Origin: Octopus vulgaris
Taxonomy: Eukaryota
DNA length: 64,000 nt
Assembly: GCA_951406725.2 (NCBI GenBank)
Contig: OX597823.1
Location: 72,230,001-72,294,000 of the forward strand
Direction of reading: 5' to 3'
The notes under the pieces were generated by a model. That model was not told the origin of the DNA and did not search any database. It worked only from the letters and a program-made list of their open reading frames with translations. A program made the position numbers and the translations under genes. Shown piece by piece: positions 27,517-41,239 of this stretch. Positions within the stretch are counted from its first letter, which is position 1. The number at the start of each line of letters is the position of its first letter.

Positions 27517-27660
27517 TTGTGGGCCTGTGTTTGTCCCCCACCATCGCTTGACAAGCGATGTTGATGTGTTTCCGTCCCCGTAACTTAGTGGTTCGGCAAA
27601 AGAGAACCGACAGAATAAGTATTAGCCTTACAAAGAATAAGTCCCGGGGGCGATTTGCTC

Positions 27661-27830
27661 GGCCACTTTGAAGCTTCTCGATCCACTCATACCCACTTCC
27701 ACGCGCTAGTGCACCGTCCCTTTGTTGTGCTAAAAACCTCCGATGAATTTCAGCACCTGCCATACCTTCTGTTCAGAGAAATCGGATCACTGCTGTTTGT
27801 TCTTCTTTGGTGCTCACACTTTAAAACGAG
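27661..27830 (-). pseudogene. Mariner transposase N-terminal fragment
   Basis: EEQTAVIRFL*TEGMAGAEIHRR...YEWIEKLQSG resembles the mariner N-terminal HTH. Confidence 0.65.
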
Positions 27831-28547
27831 AAAACAAAATGGCACGGTCAGGCTCAATCTTCGATTATGTGACCATAATAGTACTAACTGTAAGCATGCA
27901 TGCGCAGAAGGCAGTGTGACAATAATAAGACATGTTATGGTGAAAGTGCAAATAATTTTTTACTTCTCGTATATATATTTCCGTAAAGATACACACGTAT
28001 GCTTGCATCTACTTTACGTACAGCACTTAAACTATACAGGTTTCGGCTCAAATGTGAATTGTCTGTGGGCGAGTGACGGTGGCAGTTTAACGCGATTACC
28101 ATTATAAAACGTACATATAATTACGAATATTTATTTCGCCCCACTGTATGTGCGTGTATATGTAAGTGTATGCATATGTATTGTCATCCTGTGCCTATGC
28201 GTGTGCGCTCGTATGTGAAAGGATGGGATTGGTTACTGACTGGAAGCCTTAGTAGAGGCTGTGTTGATGCCATTATCTCTTAGTGGTTTATTGCACTCCA
28301 TTATCTTGGCGGCCAGCTATCTTCCCACCCACTACACACCTCTCATAAAGTCAAGTAAAAGTAATTTAAGTCCCCTTTCTATGTCCAGTGACTAACCTCT
28401 ACCCTTACAAACACCAGTCCATTCTGTAATTATGTCGGTCAGTTTCCAAGCCTACCCCCTATATCTCCTTCTCACTCTCTGGCCTTTATCTTTCCATGCG
28501 TTTAAATTTGGTTGCTGCAAGGTTTCATACTTGTATTCCTTCTTCAG

Positions 28548-28642
28548 CTGTCTGATGATGTGTCTGCTCACCATGCCGACCTTATAGAGTACGTTTACTG
28601 TGTGGCGTCATGTGTTACTGACTACTGAAAGATATGTCACAG
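28548..28642 (+). ncRNA. Degenerate type I hammerhead
   Basis: Stem I CTGT/ACAG; CTGATGA; long poorly paired stem II; GAAA G(ATAT)G TC with the expected C replaced by G; AATAAA follows. Confidence 0.5.
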
Positions 28643-30797
28643 ATGAAATAATAAAGGAATGTCAAAACAATACCATGTTCTTTTCTGTTATCGTGTATAT
28701 GTATTTGATTAAAGAACATCTATACAGGACCAAGGCGTTTCACAGTGAAGCATGCCATAAATTGGTTAGACAGAGAAACGTAAAAGTAGTTAAATTATGT
28801 ATTATTTTAGCACAGAATGTAGCGATGAAAGAAGTGTACTGGTGTTCGATAATCTGCAAATGCATTAATATCCAACATATTCAAAATTATCCAACGATGA
28901 AAAGAGACTTAAATGTTGCTAAAAATACGATAAAAACAGACGAATGGTTTATCTGGTATTGCTGCAATTTTTCTGTTAGGAAGTTTCTATTGTGGCATAA
29001 ACATAATACAATTGGTGAGATTGCATAATATATTACATAACTCCCAGCTCCTCAGGCTGCCAAATAAACATTGACTTGCTGATTCGTAAACGTATCAACA
29101 AATGAAATTTTAAATCAGAATTACCTACATTTAGAAAATTTAAGTTGATTGTATCTTCGACCTGCCAACCTAGAACTGTGTTAATTGGAATAAATTTGTA
29201 AATATAAGGACAGTTAAAGGCGAAAGAAGTCATTAAGTCTAGTGAACTCGTTCACAAAGGTTACTTATTGCAGAACGTACTCGAACACTGCTGATAACAT
29301 GCGCTAAGCATGGACTTTGACCCTATCAAAGCAACATCAAATGCAGCAGCCAACGTTGCTGCAAAAACCATTTATTGTAATATATTACTTTGAAGTTAGC
29401 GTTAGTTTTATATTCAAGAACTTCATCTTCATAGAAGTGTTCAGACAGAAAATTACCGAACTGGTAGAATATTAGCATAATCTAATGAAGCTTCATCTGA
29501 TTATAATACAAGGAGAAATGTTTAGAGCAAAATAAATTAACTAAGTTTTCTGCGAAATTCTAGACGACTGAGGGGTGAAAGAAGAATAAGGAGGAAAAAG
29601 AAAAGAAATATATAAAACAAAATAAGAAATTAAGTAGAGAGAAAATATTTTCTTTCGACTATGGCTGATATAGATATGCATATTAGTAATAATTATAACG
29701 ATAGAGAATTCAGAGACTGGTACAACCTCAAAATTTATTTCCCTTTATTTTACAATGTCATACAGCATATTTTATGGTTACGACGACATTCAAGCGTTTC
29801 CACTGCACAGATTATGAGCAGTTGCACATGCAACCGGGCATAATTATCTGTGCAGCTTAGTTCAGGGTCTTTCAATCAGCTTGGTTCGAGGCGGATTGTA
29901 AAATAAAAAGGAAATAAATTTTGAGGACGTACCAGTTTCCATATTCTCTAACGTTATAATTATTGCTAATATTATTTCTTTATTGCCCACAAGGGGCTAA
30001 ACATAGAGAGGACAAACAAGGACAGACAAAGGGGTTAAGTCGATTACATCGACCCCAGCTTCTAACAAATATCACAATTAAAGCCTAAGTAACTTTAAAT
30101 CTTTTCAACAGACTATAACATAAAGGATATTTCTGAATGTTCAAACATTTACTAGACCTTCGAGAGCCTAGAATCTAGCATATGCAGTTGTGATCAATCC
30201 TGAAACTTTGCATGTTTGAAGATCTACGTATTGTCTATCACTTGAGAAAATTAGAAAACTAATAATACTACTTCTTAGCTCATAAGAAGAGCTTTTTGAT
30301 TCAGAGAATTTAAAAGAATATTCGCTTGTTAAGTATGGCCTGACAAAGTTATAAAACTCTTTGATTAAGCTCGTGTCATTCAATTTTTGCTAATTGTGGC
30401 TAAATTTCAAACGTTGATAACTTTTTGAGCGGATTGGTCTCAAAGTTTCAGATCTTCCTTATAGAAGCTTTCTGTGGTTAAATTTAAAAGCCAATTTGAT
30501 ATGTGACTCGTGGGTACTTTTGAAAAATTCGTTAATTTCATACATAGATAAATATATATGTATGTTATATAACAGATGTTAGGGTTATCTAGCACTACTA
30601 CAGTTGTTTCCTTAATTGTTTTATGACGTAAACATGGTACAGTCAAGTATGTAGTATTCACAATATCCATAAAAAAACCATGCAATGCAATACGCAGCTC
30701 TCAAAACACCAAGCTGGACAAATATATATAAACAAGCAGTGACATGCGCACGACCCAACAGTTCATCAGCTCGTGAGTTTCGAATTAGTATTATAAA

Positions 30798-31720
30798 TCT
30801 CTCAATATATAAAACTGAGAATGTGTCTGTCTGTCTGTCTGTGTGTCTGTGTGTTTCCCTAAAACTTGAGAACTACACAACCAATTTCATTCAAATTTTA
30901 CACATGCCTTACTTAAGGTCCGGGGAGTGTCATCGGCAAAATAAATCTTAACTTTTTCCCTAGGGCGACCCCACAGCAATATCATATCTTCTCCACTATT
31001 TCAGTATTACGTGTTAAAAGTGAAAAAAAAACATCTCTCTTTTGTAATGCAGACACTTTCACTATTAAAGTGAAAGTATTATATAACAAGGATGAACCAT
31101 TAACAATGGTCATCCATTTTGCTAGAAGAAGATCCGCTATGGTCTTATATGCTACACCACTGGCTTTCAATTCATATTAATCAAATTAATATTAAATTTT
31201 TCGCCCTTATTATGTGTGTGTGTGTATTAGCAATTCGTATAAAATTGCATCAATGACTTGAACTTGAATAAGTGGTTTCACATAAATGGGGATAAATTAA
31301 AAAGGTTTGTTGTTATTATTATTACTGTTTGACTATTGTAATCACGTTTGTTGGTTCCTCGTCAGGGAAACGCTGTTGTGTTGCATTTGTTAAATAATTG
31401 TAAACCGTAACCCTCCCCCTTTCGGAGAAGGGGTTTTGGTTATTGCTTAAAAATTGAATTGTGTCCCTGTTTGGGGAAATTGACAATATTTTCACCGTCT
31501 TTACGGAAGCAATTTTGTTAAAATGCCTTCGATAGAAGAAAGTCCAAAAATGAATTTCGCTGCAGCCGTACACTTCTATACAAGAGGGAGGACAAGATCC
31601 AATTGATCGAAATTGCAAGAGACGGGCCTACAATTACAGTCTGTTTAATATTTTGAGTATTGTTATCACTAGCGATATCAAGATATAACTTTGTATTTTG
31701 TATTTTATGTGTAGATGTAT
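30798..31720 (+). mobile_element. Helitron 5' terminal region
   Basis: A|TCTCTCAATATATAAAA followed by (GTCT)n, a typical Helitron 5' end; lies upstream of Rep/helicase remnants. Right boundary uncertain. Confidence 0.55.
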
Positions 31721-31827
31721 ATATATAGATGTACATGTAATATGTACACATATATATACACATATATACATGCATAATATATCTACCCATACACACATAC
31801 GCACACACGCACACACACATACATAGG

Positions 31828-31960
31828 GGCAGGTGTGGCTGTGTGGTAACAAACTACGTTCCAAACACATGGTCCTGGGTTCAGTCCCACTGTGTGGTGA
31901 CTTGGCATATGTCTTCTGCTGTAGCCTCAGACCAACAAAAGCCTTCTCAGTGGATTTTGT
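31828..31960 (+). mobile_element. CORE-type SINE head
   Basis: gcaggtgtggctgtgtggtaa...gggttcagtcccactg. Confidence 0.75.
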
Positions 31961-32019
31961 ACATATATACAGACATACATACATATATATATACATGCAT
32001 ACGTACATATTCGGCATAA

Positions 32020-34775
32020 ACACTCTACCACTACAACTAATAACTGTTGGGAACACTTTCAAACCTGCCTTACATTCGAACCAGAATCTCAACGCCCGAG
32101 TTTTCCATCTCAAGTTAATCTCTCTCATGGAGCTCATACAAAAAGGGCAAGTATTTGGGCCCATACAATGTGACATGTACACAATCGAGTGGCAAAAAAG
32201 GGGCCTTCAACATGCTCATATCCTGCTTCGGCTCTCAGCGAAGATCAATTCCAATGACATCGACAACATAATCTCTGCAGAGCTTCCTGATCCAGCTTTA
32301 GACAAAGAACTATACGAAATAGTTAAGGCAAACATGGTACATGGTCCATGTGGGCGTGGATTCAACAAAAACTCACCATGCTTGAAGGACAGCATGTGTT
32401 CAAAAAAATTTCCAAGGAGGTTCCTACAAGAAACTCAGACAGGTGCTGATGGGTATCCATCATACAGACGCAGAAAACCAGAAGACAGAGGTTTCACAGC
32501 AACTATCGGACAGCACGATATTGATAATAGATGGATTGTTCCATACTGCCCACTCCTGTCAAAGACTTTCGATGCCCACATCAACGTTGAGTTTTGCAAC
32601 TCCGTTAAATCCATCAAGTACGTTTGCAAATATGTAAACAAGGGTTCTAACGCTGCAATGTTTGGACTTCAACAAGAATACTGCCAGGATGAGGTGACGC
32701 ATTATCAGGTGGAACGGTACATAAGTAGCAACGATGCTTTCTGGCGCATCTTTGGCTTTCCAATTCACCAACGACACCCCGCCATTCAACAGCTTGCAGT
32801 GCACCTGGAAAATGGTCAAAAAGTGTACTTCACCGATGCTAATGCTCTTCTGTTGGCAGAGGAACCAAGAGATAGCACGCTCACTGCATTCTTCAAGCTT
32901 TGTCAAGTGGATCCATTCGCTCAAACCTTGCTGTATCCACAGATTTCATCGTACTACACTTGGAATGGAAAAAATGGGCCCCACGGAAAGCAGGTCAAAA
33001 TGTTCATGGATACCCTGGCATTAAGTTTCACACTTGCCTTGGGTGCATCCCACTCAACAAGAGTGCTTCTACCTTCGTCTACTACTGCATGAGGTCAGGG
33101 CCAACGTCTTTCCAGGCCCTAAAAACCGTTCATGGACATGTCTGCACAACATACAGAGAAGCCTGCTATCGAAAAGGTCTGTTAGAAGATGGTGCACAAT
33201 GGGATGCAACTTTAGGAGAGGCTGCTTTATCACAATCACCTAAAAGTCTCAGGGCACTATTTGCACTATTACTACAGGCATGCGAACTGTGTGATCCGGC
33301 CACTGTATGGCTCAAATATAGAGACAACCTGGCTGAAGACTTTCAGCGCCAAGCTCAACTGCTCTATCCTGACATGGAGGATATCAGCTATGAAATCTAT
33401 AACAAAACACTCATTGACATTGAAGACAGAATTGCTAAACTGGGTGGAAATGAATTGTCGACGTATGGCCTGCCACAAGCATTCAGGTCAGGGTCAAATA
33501 GCCTTCCCACTGCTGTCATTCGTGAAACAACCTACGACACTCAAGCACTTTCAAAGTACATTGTTGAAAATGAGCCTAAAGTACTTCCGGACCAGCTGCA
33601 GGCCTACAGAGCTATTCTTAACAGTGTACGCCAACGCGAGGGACGAATCTTCTTCCTCGATGCTCCTGGAGGGACAGGAAAAATATTTATTACAAAGTTT
33701 CTCCTTGCAGAAGTTAGACAGCATCAGGACATTGCAGTAGCTGTAGCCTCCTCTGACATTACAGCTACTTTGTTACCCGGTGGCAGGACAACACACTCAA
33801 ATTTTAAACTCCCTCTCAATTTAGCAGCATACGAAACGCCTTCATGCAGCATCAACAGAAGCTCAGATCAGGGACAAGTACTTAAAATGTGTCATCTAAT
33901 TATCTGGGATGAGTGCGCTATTGCTCACAAGGGAGCTAGCTTTGGAAGCATTAGATAGAGCCCTGAATGACATCTGAGACTGCCAGGCTCCAATGGGAGG
34001 GGTAACGCTTCTGTTGTCAGGTGATTTCAGGCAAACTCTTCCTGTCATTTCGAAAGGCACTAGAGCAGATAAAGTCCAAGCATGCCTAAAGTCCTCTAAT
34101 CTGTGGCATCATGTTACAATCCTCAGTCTCACCACTAACATGACAGCTCAGCTACACGGCGACAAAATGTCCACAAAGTTTGCACAGGACATCTTGACAC
34201 TTGGTGAAGGCGATGCCTCTCGATGCTGCCGGACAAATGGAAGTGTTGTCATTTTCCTATGTTGTTAATTCTGTAGATGACCTCAAAAACAAAGTCTTTC
34301 CCAACTTCACACAAAACTACCAAAATCACAATTGACTGTGTGAAAGAGCAATATTAGCTCCAAAAAACGTCGCTGTTAACAAAATTAATCAACAGCTAAT
34401 GCATTCTCTTCCCGGCACTATACACACTTACAAGTCTGTTGATACAATTCCAGATATAAATGAAGTTATGAACTATCCTCCTGAATTTCTCAATTCACTG
34501 GAGCCTCCTGGACTACCACCACACATATTAGCACTTGAAGTTGGAACTCCTGTAATGCTACTCCGCAATCTGGAACCACCAAGACTTTGCAATGGAACAC
34601 GACTGGTGATAAAGAAAATGATGTCACACGTTATCGAGGCGATCATTCTTTCTGGATGTGGAAAAGGTGATGTCTTTATTCCAAGAATTCCTCTTTCTCA
34701 ATCAGGAGCAGAAATTCCATTTACATTCAGAGGACTGCAATTCCCCCTTCGTGTCAGCTCTGCCATATCCATCGT
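32020..34775 (+). pseudogene. Helitron Rep-Pif1 helicase (RepHel), truncated and frameshifted
   Basis: HUH motif EWQKRGLQHAHILL, YVCKYVNKG, Walker A FFLDAPGGTGK, LIIWDE, LLSGDFRQTLPV, LLRNL..LCNGTRL, QFPLR spread over four frames with stops. Confidence 0.95.
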
Positions 34776-34776
34776 C

Positions 34777-35095
34777 TATCTGCCTGCCAACTAAATTCTG
34801 AACTCACGTCGTTGGCTTGTCACCAGGAACCGATTTTCCTGTTGAATCCTACAGTAAAATTACCTTGTTGGGGAGGGGTTATGCCAATTTGAAAAAAAAT
34901 TTCTTTGAATTGTTGTGCTGCTGTTTGCCGTAGCTATTCAAAGTAAACATAAGTGAATTGTCGCCTGAAGTGGTCTACTTTGAAAAAAAAAAATGTTTGA
35001 CTGTCCTTGAGGTTGTTTTGTAACGAAAAAAAATGCAATTGTCTTTAAAATTATATACACCGTACATCTTTGAAAAATATTTGCTAAGCTTCAGT
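34777..35095 (+). repeat. ~320-bp direct repeat, copy 1 (copy 2 at 48693-49010)
   Basis: Colinear similarity from tatctgcctgc to ctaagcttcagta, both followed by (TA)n. Confidence 0.9.
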
Positions 35096-35097
35096 AT

Positions 35098-35133
<36 letters not shown>

Positions 35134-35134
<1 letters not shown>

Positions 35135-35791
35135 AGAAAAATAAGTTGGCTAGCAGCGAGCTGTTTTGCCTCATACCGAAGGAATTAGAAATGGCAGTCA
35201 AAGACCGTTTTTTCATTTCTATAAGTGGAGATTCCAAAAACGAATGCCCTTGCGGCTCACATACACAAAACCGGAGTGGCAAATATACGAATTCAGTCAC
35301 TTACCGTTAATAGCGAACACGGTGTTTCTGGATCACAAACATATAAAAAATAGGGGAGTTTGAATTCCTTCTTCAGCGCTATATTCGTTAGCTTTATCAA
35401 ATGCCACCAGCCCTCACTTCTGACCCAGCGACATCAGATAGTGGGGGAAGTGCGCAGATGCTAAAACCAAGTAACGACTGGGAACGTAAATTTTCCCTCC
35501 AAAATTCTGCCATGCGCGCCTTCTGGGTAATCGTAATGGAATGAGGAATCCACATGGTAATACAATAAAAATGGTAAATAATTTTCCTGTGGTTTTTCAT
35601 GTAACCAACAATTATTTACCGGTAAATTTCGGTATGTAAATACGACAAAATAATTGTCAAGACCTTTGTAAGGTTCAGTATATAGTAAAGAAAAATAAGT
35701 TGGCTAGCAGCGAGCTGTTTTGCCTCATACCGAAGGAATTAGAAATGGCAGTCAAAGACCGTTTTTTCATTTCTATAAGTGGAGATTCCAA
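35134..35791 (-). mobile_element. Hammerhead-containing 554-bp monomer repeat (unit C), ~1.2 copies, in (TA)n
   Basis: aagaaaaataagttggc...gattccaaa at 35134 and 35688; no RT-like ORF. Confidence 0.85.
35310..35382 (-). ncRNA. Type I hammerhead ribozyme
   Basis: Minus strand: ATAGCG CTGAAGA A GGA..CAAAC(loop)GTTTG..TCC A GAAA CAC(C)GTG TT CGCTAT; GUU site. Confidence 0.85.
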
Positions 35792-36433
35792 ATATATATA
35801 TACATATACACATATGTATATATATACATATATGTAAGTATTTATATATATATATATATATATTTCATCGAAAATTTTCACCAAAAATTTTTCGAAAATT
35901 TTCACCGGTAATTTTATCCAAAATGTTTCGAAAATTTTACCAAAATTTTCACCAAAAAAATTTTCACCAAAAATTTTCGAAAAGTTGCCCCAAAGATTTT
36001 TTACCGAAAATTTTTCGAAAATTTTGCCCCAAAATTTTACGAAAATTTTCCGAAAATTTTCAACGAAAATTTTCCCCAAAAAATTTTCCCAAAAAATTTT
36101 TAGAAAAGTTTTGCCGAAAATTTTCCCCAAAAATATTTCCAAAATTTTCCTCAAATATTTTTCGAAAATTTTCATCGAAAATTTTCCCCAAAAATTTTTC
36201 GAAAATTTCCACCGAAAATTTTACCCAGTAGACCACTGTGTTTACTTTGAATAGCTACGGCAAACGTTGTAAACCATTCAGCTATGCTAGTTCTCTTTCA
36301 ACTGGAATTTAACCCCTGACCAACCCTAAATTATTGGACATTTTGGTCGTGGCCATCCCGCTTTGATGTAAATCCAATACTGCATTGTTCAGTTTGACTT
36401 TAAAAAAAAATCGGCTGCTATTTCTAACAGTTC

Positions 36434-36483
<50 letters not shown>

Positions 36484-36652
36484 AGCGGGATCAGCCATCT
36501 GAATGTGGCTAGGGACAGGGCGGGGTGGTGGGGGTGTTACTGATGCATTTAGCCCCAGGCGACTATTGACGTCACCAGAAGAGCCGACACCATCACGGTG
36601 TCCTTGCTGGCCTGCAAAGGGAGATCAGCCTCCCCGAAGATACGGATGCTAC

Positions 36653-36693
36653 ACACGGACCGGTTTCGAGGTAATCGCCTCTCGTCAGCGCAT
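36653..36693 (-). ncRNA. Minimal type I hammerhead ribozyme
   Basis: ATGCG CTGACGA GAGG(CGATTA)CCTC GAAA CCGG TC CGTGT. Confidence 0.85.
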
Positions 36694-36934
36694 GGCAAGC
36701 ACCGTTCTTCGTTGAGGGACTTCCTGTACAGGCCAGATATATATAGATTTTCACAGTAACCACAGGCACTGGCGTAGAAAATCTGTTCGAAAACAATAAT
36801 AAATCTCTGAGCGAGGTATAAACAGTAACTGCTCTTTAATATAAGCGGGATCAGCCATCTGCATGTGGCTAGGGACAGGGCGGGGTAGTGGGGGTGTTAC
36901 TGATGCAGTCCCTCAACGAAGAACGGTGCTTGCC

Positions 36935-36975
36935 ATGCGCTGACGAGAGGCGATTAGCTCGAAACCGGTCCGTGT
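36935..36975 (+). ncRNA. Minimal type I hammerhead ribozyme
   Basis: ATGCG CTGACGA GAG(GCGATTAG)CTC GAAA CCGG TC CGTGT; palindromic ACCGGT stem III; GUC site ending 36970. Confidence 0.85.
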
Positions 36976-37556
36976 GTAGCATCCGTATCTTCGGGGAGGC
37001 TGATCTCCCTTTGCAGGCCAGCAAGGACACCGTGATGGTGTCGGCTCTTCTGGTGACGTCAATAGTCGCCTGGGGCTAAATGCATCAGTAACACCCCCAC
37101 CACCCCGCCCTGTCCCTAGCCACATTCAGATGGCTGATCCCGCTTATATTAAAGAGCAGTTACTGTTTATACCTCGCTCAGAGATTTATTATATATATAT
37201 ATATATATAAATATATATATTTCACCAAAAATTTTAACCAAAAATTTTTCGAAAATTTTCACCAACAATTTTCTCCCAAAAAATCCCCAAATATTTTTGG
37301 GAAACTTTCACCGAAAATTTTAGCGAAAAATTTTACGATAATTTTCACCCAAAATTTTTCGAAAACTTTTACCGAAAATTTCAAAAATTTTTCGAAAGTT
37401 TTCAGAAACTTTTACCGATAAATTTTTCAAAAATTTCCTCAAAAAATTTTCACCGAAAATTTTCCCCAAAAATTTTTCGAAAATTTTCACCAAAAATTTT
37501 TCGAAAATTTTCCTTAAAACTTTTCGAGAATTTACCACAAAAAAGTTTTCGAAAAG

Positions 37557-37730
37557 AGCCAGCGGGGCCAAAATCACAAAATATGGGAACCCACGGTGCC
37601 AAAATCACAAAATAAGGAAAGCCATACTTTGTGATTTTGGCACCGCAAGGTTTCCATACTTTGTGATTTTGGCACCGCTGGCTTTCCATACATTGTGATT
37701 TTGGCACCGCTGGTTTTCCATACTTTCCAT
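37557..37730. repeat. 32-bp minisatellite foldback
   Basis: cagcggtgccaaaatcacaaagtatggaaagc units reverse orientation near 37620; longer copy at 46861-47170. Confidence 0.85.
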
Positions 37731-38224
37731 AATTTTCTCTAAAAATTTTTCGAAAATTTTCACCAACAATTTTCAGAAAATTTTCACCGAAAATTTTACC
37801 CAAAAATTTTTCCAACATTTTCACCGACAATTTTCCCCAAAAATTTTTCGAAAATTTTCACCAAAAAATCTTTCGAAAATTTTCCGTAAAAATTTTCCGT
37901 AAAAAGTTTTCGAAAATTTTCACTGAAAATTTTACCAAAAAATTTTTCGAAAATTTTCCCCAAAAATCTTTCGAAGATTTTTTGGGAAAATTTTCGGTGA
38001 AAATTTTTCGAAAATTTTGGCCCAAAATTTTTCGAAAATTTCTGCCGAAAATTTTTCCAATAAATTTTTCGAAAATTTTCCCCAAAAATTTTCCAGAAAA
38101 ATTTTTTGAAAATTTTCACTGAAAAATTTACAGAAAAATTTTTCGAAAATTTTCACTGAAAAATTTACCCAAAAATTTTTCGAAGATTTTCCCCAAAATT
38201 TTAAAAAAATTCTTTGAAAATTTA

Positions 38225-38678
38225 GTTGATTTGTTGTTTCTGAAAACTTATGATCGAATGTTAGATGGTATATAGAGGAAATTTATTTGTAAAATGAGAG
38301 GAAAATCGTATAGTATAAGCCATAGCCACCCATAATAAAAAGGAATACGGGTGGGGTACTTGTCGCGTAGACTGGATCCGGTGCGCGCATCTGTGCATCC
38401 GCGCTAGCCATCGATCCTATAGCGACTTGCGTATGCAAAACATTTTTTTTTGAAAGTAGACCACTACTAGTAGACCACTGTGTTTACTTTGAAAAGCTAC
38501 GGCAAACGTCGTTAACCATTCAGCTGCGCTCGTTCTCTTTCAACTGGAATTTAACCCCTGACCAACCCTAAATTATTAGACATTTTGGTCGTGGCCATCC
38601 CGCTTTGTTGTAAATCCAATACTGCATTGGTCAGTTTGACTTTTAAAAAAAATCGGCTGCTATTTCTAACAGTACGTA
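38225..38678 (+). repeat. ~450-bp spacer block repeated between satellite arrays
   Basis: Near-identical copies at 39453-39905 and 43211-43663, partial at 36227-36437 and 48221-48490. Confidence 0.9.
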
Positions 38679-38690
38679 TATATATACATT

Positions 38691-38732
<42 letters not shown>

Positions 38733-38768
38733 CACACATATATATATATATATATATATACATATATG

Positions 38769-38806
<38 letters not shown>

Positions 38807-41239
38807 TATATATTTCACCGAGAATCTTAACCAAACATTTTTCGAAAATTTTCACCGATAATTTTCTCAAAAAACTTTTCGAAAATTTTACCCAAGATTT
38901 TCACCGAAAATTTTCTCGAAAAAAATCCCCAAAAATTTTTGGAACACTTTCACCGTAAATTTTAACCAGAAATTTTACGTTAATTTTCCGCCAAGATTTT
39001 TCGAAAACTTTTGCCGAAAATTTTCCCCAAAAATTTTTCGAAAATTTTCATTGAAACTTTTACCAAAAAATTTTTGGAAAACTTTCACCGAAAATTTAAA
39101 CCAAAAATTTTACGATAATTTTCCGCCAAAATTTTTCGAAAACTTTTGCCGAAAATTTTCACCGAAAATTTTTGCCGAAAATATTCCCAAAAAATTTTTC
39201 GAAAATTTTCACTGAAAATTTTACCAAAAACTTTTTCCAAAATTTTCACCGAAAATTTTCCCTAACAATTTTTTGAAAATTTTTACGGAAAATTTTCCCC
39301 AAAAATTTTTCGAAAATTTTCGCCCAAAATTATTCGAAAATTTTCCCTAAAAATTTTCGAATATTTTCTCAAAAAATTTTCCACAAAAATTTTTCGAAAA
39401 TTTTCACTGAAAAATTTACCCAAAAATTTTTGAAAAATTAAAAAAAAATTTTGTTGATTTGTTGTTTCTGAAAACTTATGATCGACTGTTAGATGGTATA
39501 TAGAGGAAATTTATTTGTAAAATGAGAGGAAAATCGTATGGTATAAGCCATAGCCGCCCATAATAAAAAGGAATACGGGTGGGGTACTAGTCGCGTAGAC
39601 TGGATCCGGTGCACGCATCCGTGCATCCGCGCTAGCCAGTCGATCCTATAGCGACTTGCGTATGCAAAACATTTTTTTTAAAGTAGACCACTACTAGTAG
39701 ACCACTGTGTTTACTTTGAATAGCTACGGCAAACTTCGCTAAGCATTCAGCTATGCTCGTTCTCTTTCAACTGGAATTTAACCCCTGACCAACCCTAAAT
39801 TATTAGACATTTTGGTCGTGGCCATCCCGCTTTGTTGTAAATCCAATACTGCATTGTTCAGTTTGACTTTAAAAAAAATCGGCTGCTATTTCCAACAGTT
39901 CGTATATATACACATTTATGTATATATATATATATATATATACATATATACATATGTATATGTATATATACATATATGTGTGTGTGTATATATATATATA
40001 TAAATATATATATTTCACCAAAAATTTTTCCCAAAAATTTTTCCCAAATTTTCACCGATAATTTTCTCAAAAACTTTTCAAAAATTTTACCCAAGATTTT
40101 CACCGAAAATATTCTCGAAAAAAATGCCCAAAAATTTTTGGAAACTTTCACCGAAAATTTTAACAAAAACATTTTACGATAATTTTCCCCCAAAATATTT
40201 CGAAAACTTTTGCCGAAAATTTTACCACAAAATTATTCGAAAATTTTTGGAGAAAATTTTCACCGAAAAATTTCCCCAAAAATGTTACGAAAATTTTCCC
40301 CAAATGTTTTTCGAAAATTTTCACCGAAAATTTTACCCAAAGATTTTCACCAAAAATTTTCAGTTATGAAATTTTCAGTTATGGAAAATTTTCACCGAAA
40401 AGTTTACCCAAAAATTTACACCAAAAATTTTCAGAAAATTTTCACTGAAAAGTTTAACCAAAAATTTTTCCAAAATTTTCAGAAAATTTTGCCCAAAAAT
40501 TTTTCAAAAATTTTCACCGATAATTCTCTCCAAAGATTTTTCGAAAATTTTACCCAAGATTTTCACCGAAAATTTTCCCGAAAAATTTGCCCAAAAAATT
40601 TTGGGAAAACATTCACCGTAAATTTTAACCAAAAATTTTACGATAAAAATTTTGCATAAAAAGTTTTCGAAAATTTTCACCAAAAATTTTCCGAAAATTT
40701 TCAACGATAAAATATACCCAAAAATTTTTCGAAAATTTTCACTGAAAATTTTACCACAAAATTATACGAAAATTTTCACCGAAAATTTTATCCAAAATGT
40801 TTTCGAAAATTTTCACCGAAAAATTTCCCCTAAAATTTTTCGAATATTTTCCCCAAATATTTTTCGAAAATTTTCACCAAAAATTTTTCCAAAATTTTAA
40901 CCGAAAATTTTGCCCAAAAATTTTTCCAAAATTTTCACTGACAATATTCCCTAAAAATTTTTCGACCATTTTCACCGAAAATTTTCCCCCCAAATTTTTT
41001 TCGAAAATTTTCACCGAAAATTTTCACCAAAAATTTTTCGAAAATTTTCACTGAAAAATTTAGCCAAAAACTTTTCGAAATTTACAAAAAAATATATATG
41101 TATATATAGATTTGCATATATATATACATTACACTTACACACACTTCAAATTTACTTGCCATACATACAACTACGCACACTGGACACACACACACACTAC
41201 CACTCAACACACACACTGGCACGTTACTTACACCCCCAC

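Larger units (their letters stand above)
36477..37191. mobile_element. Hammerhead-containing 360-bp GC-rich monomer repeat (unit D), tandem and inverted, in (TA)n
   Basis: ataagcgggatcagcc at 36481 and 36841; polarity flips at 36907/36908; the right arm reads through the monomer junction. Confidence 0.9.

Noticed and set aside
37040-37090. GGGGCTAAA as possible HDV-like ribozyme J4/2 in unit D
   Set aside because: No P1 or nested pseudoknot could be built.
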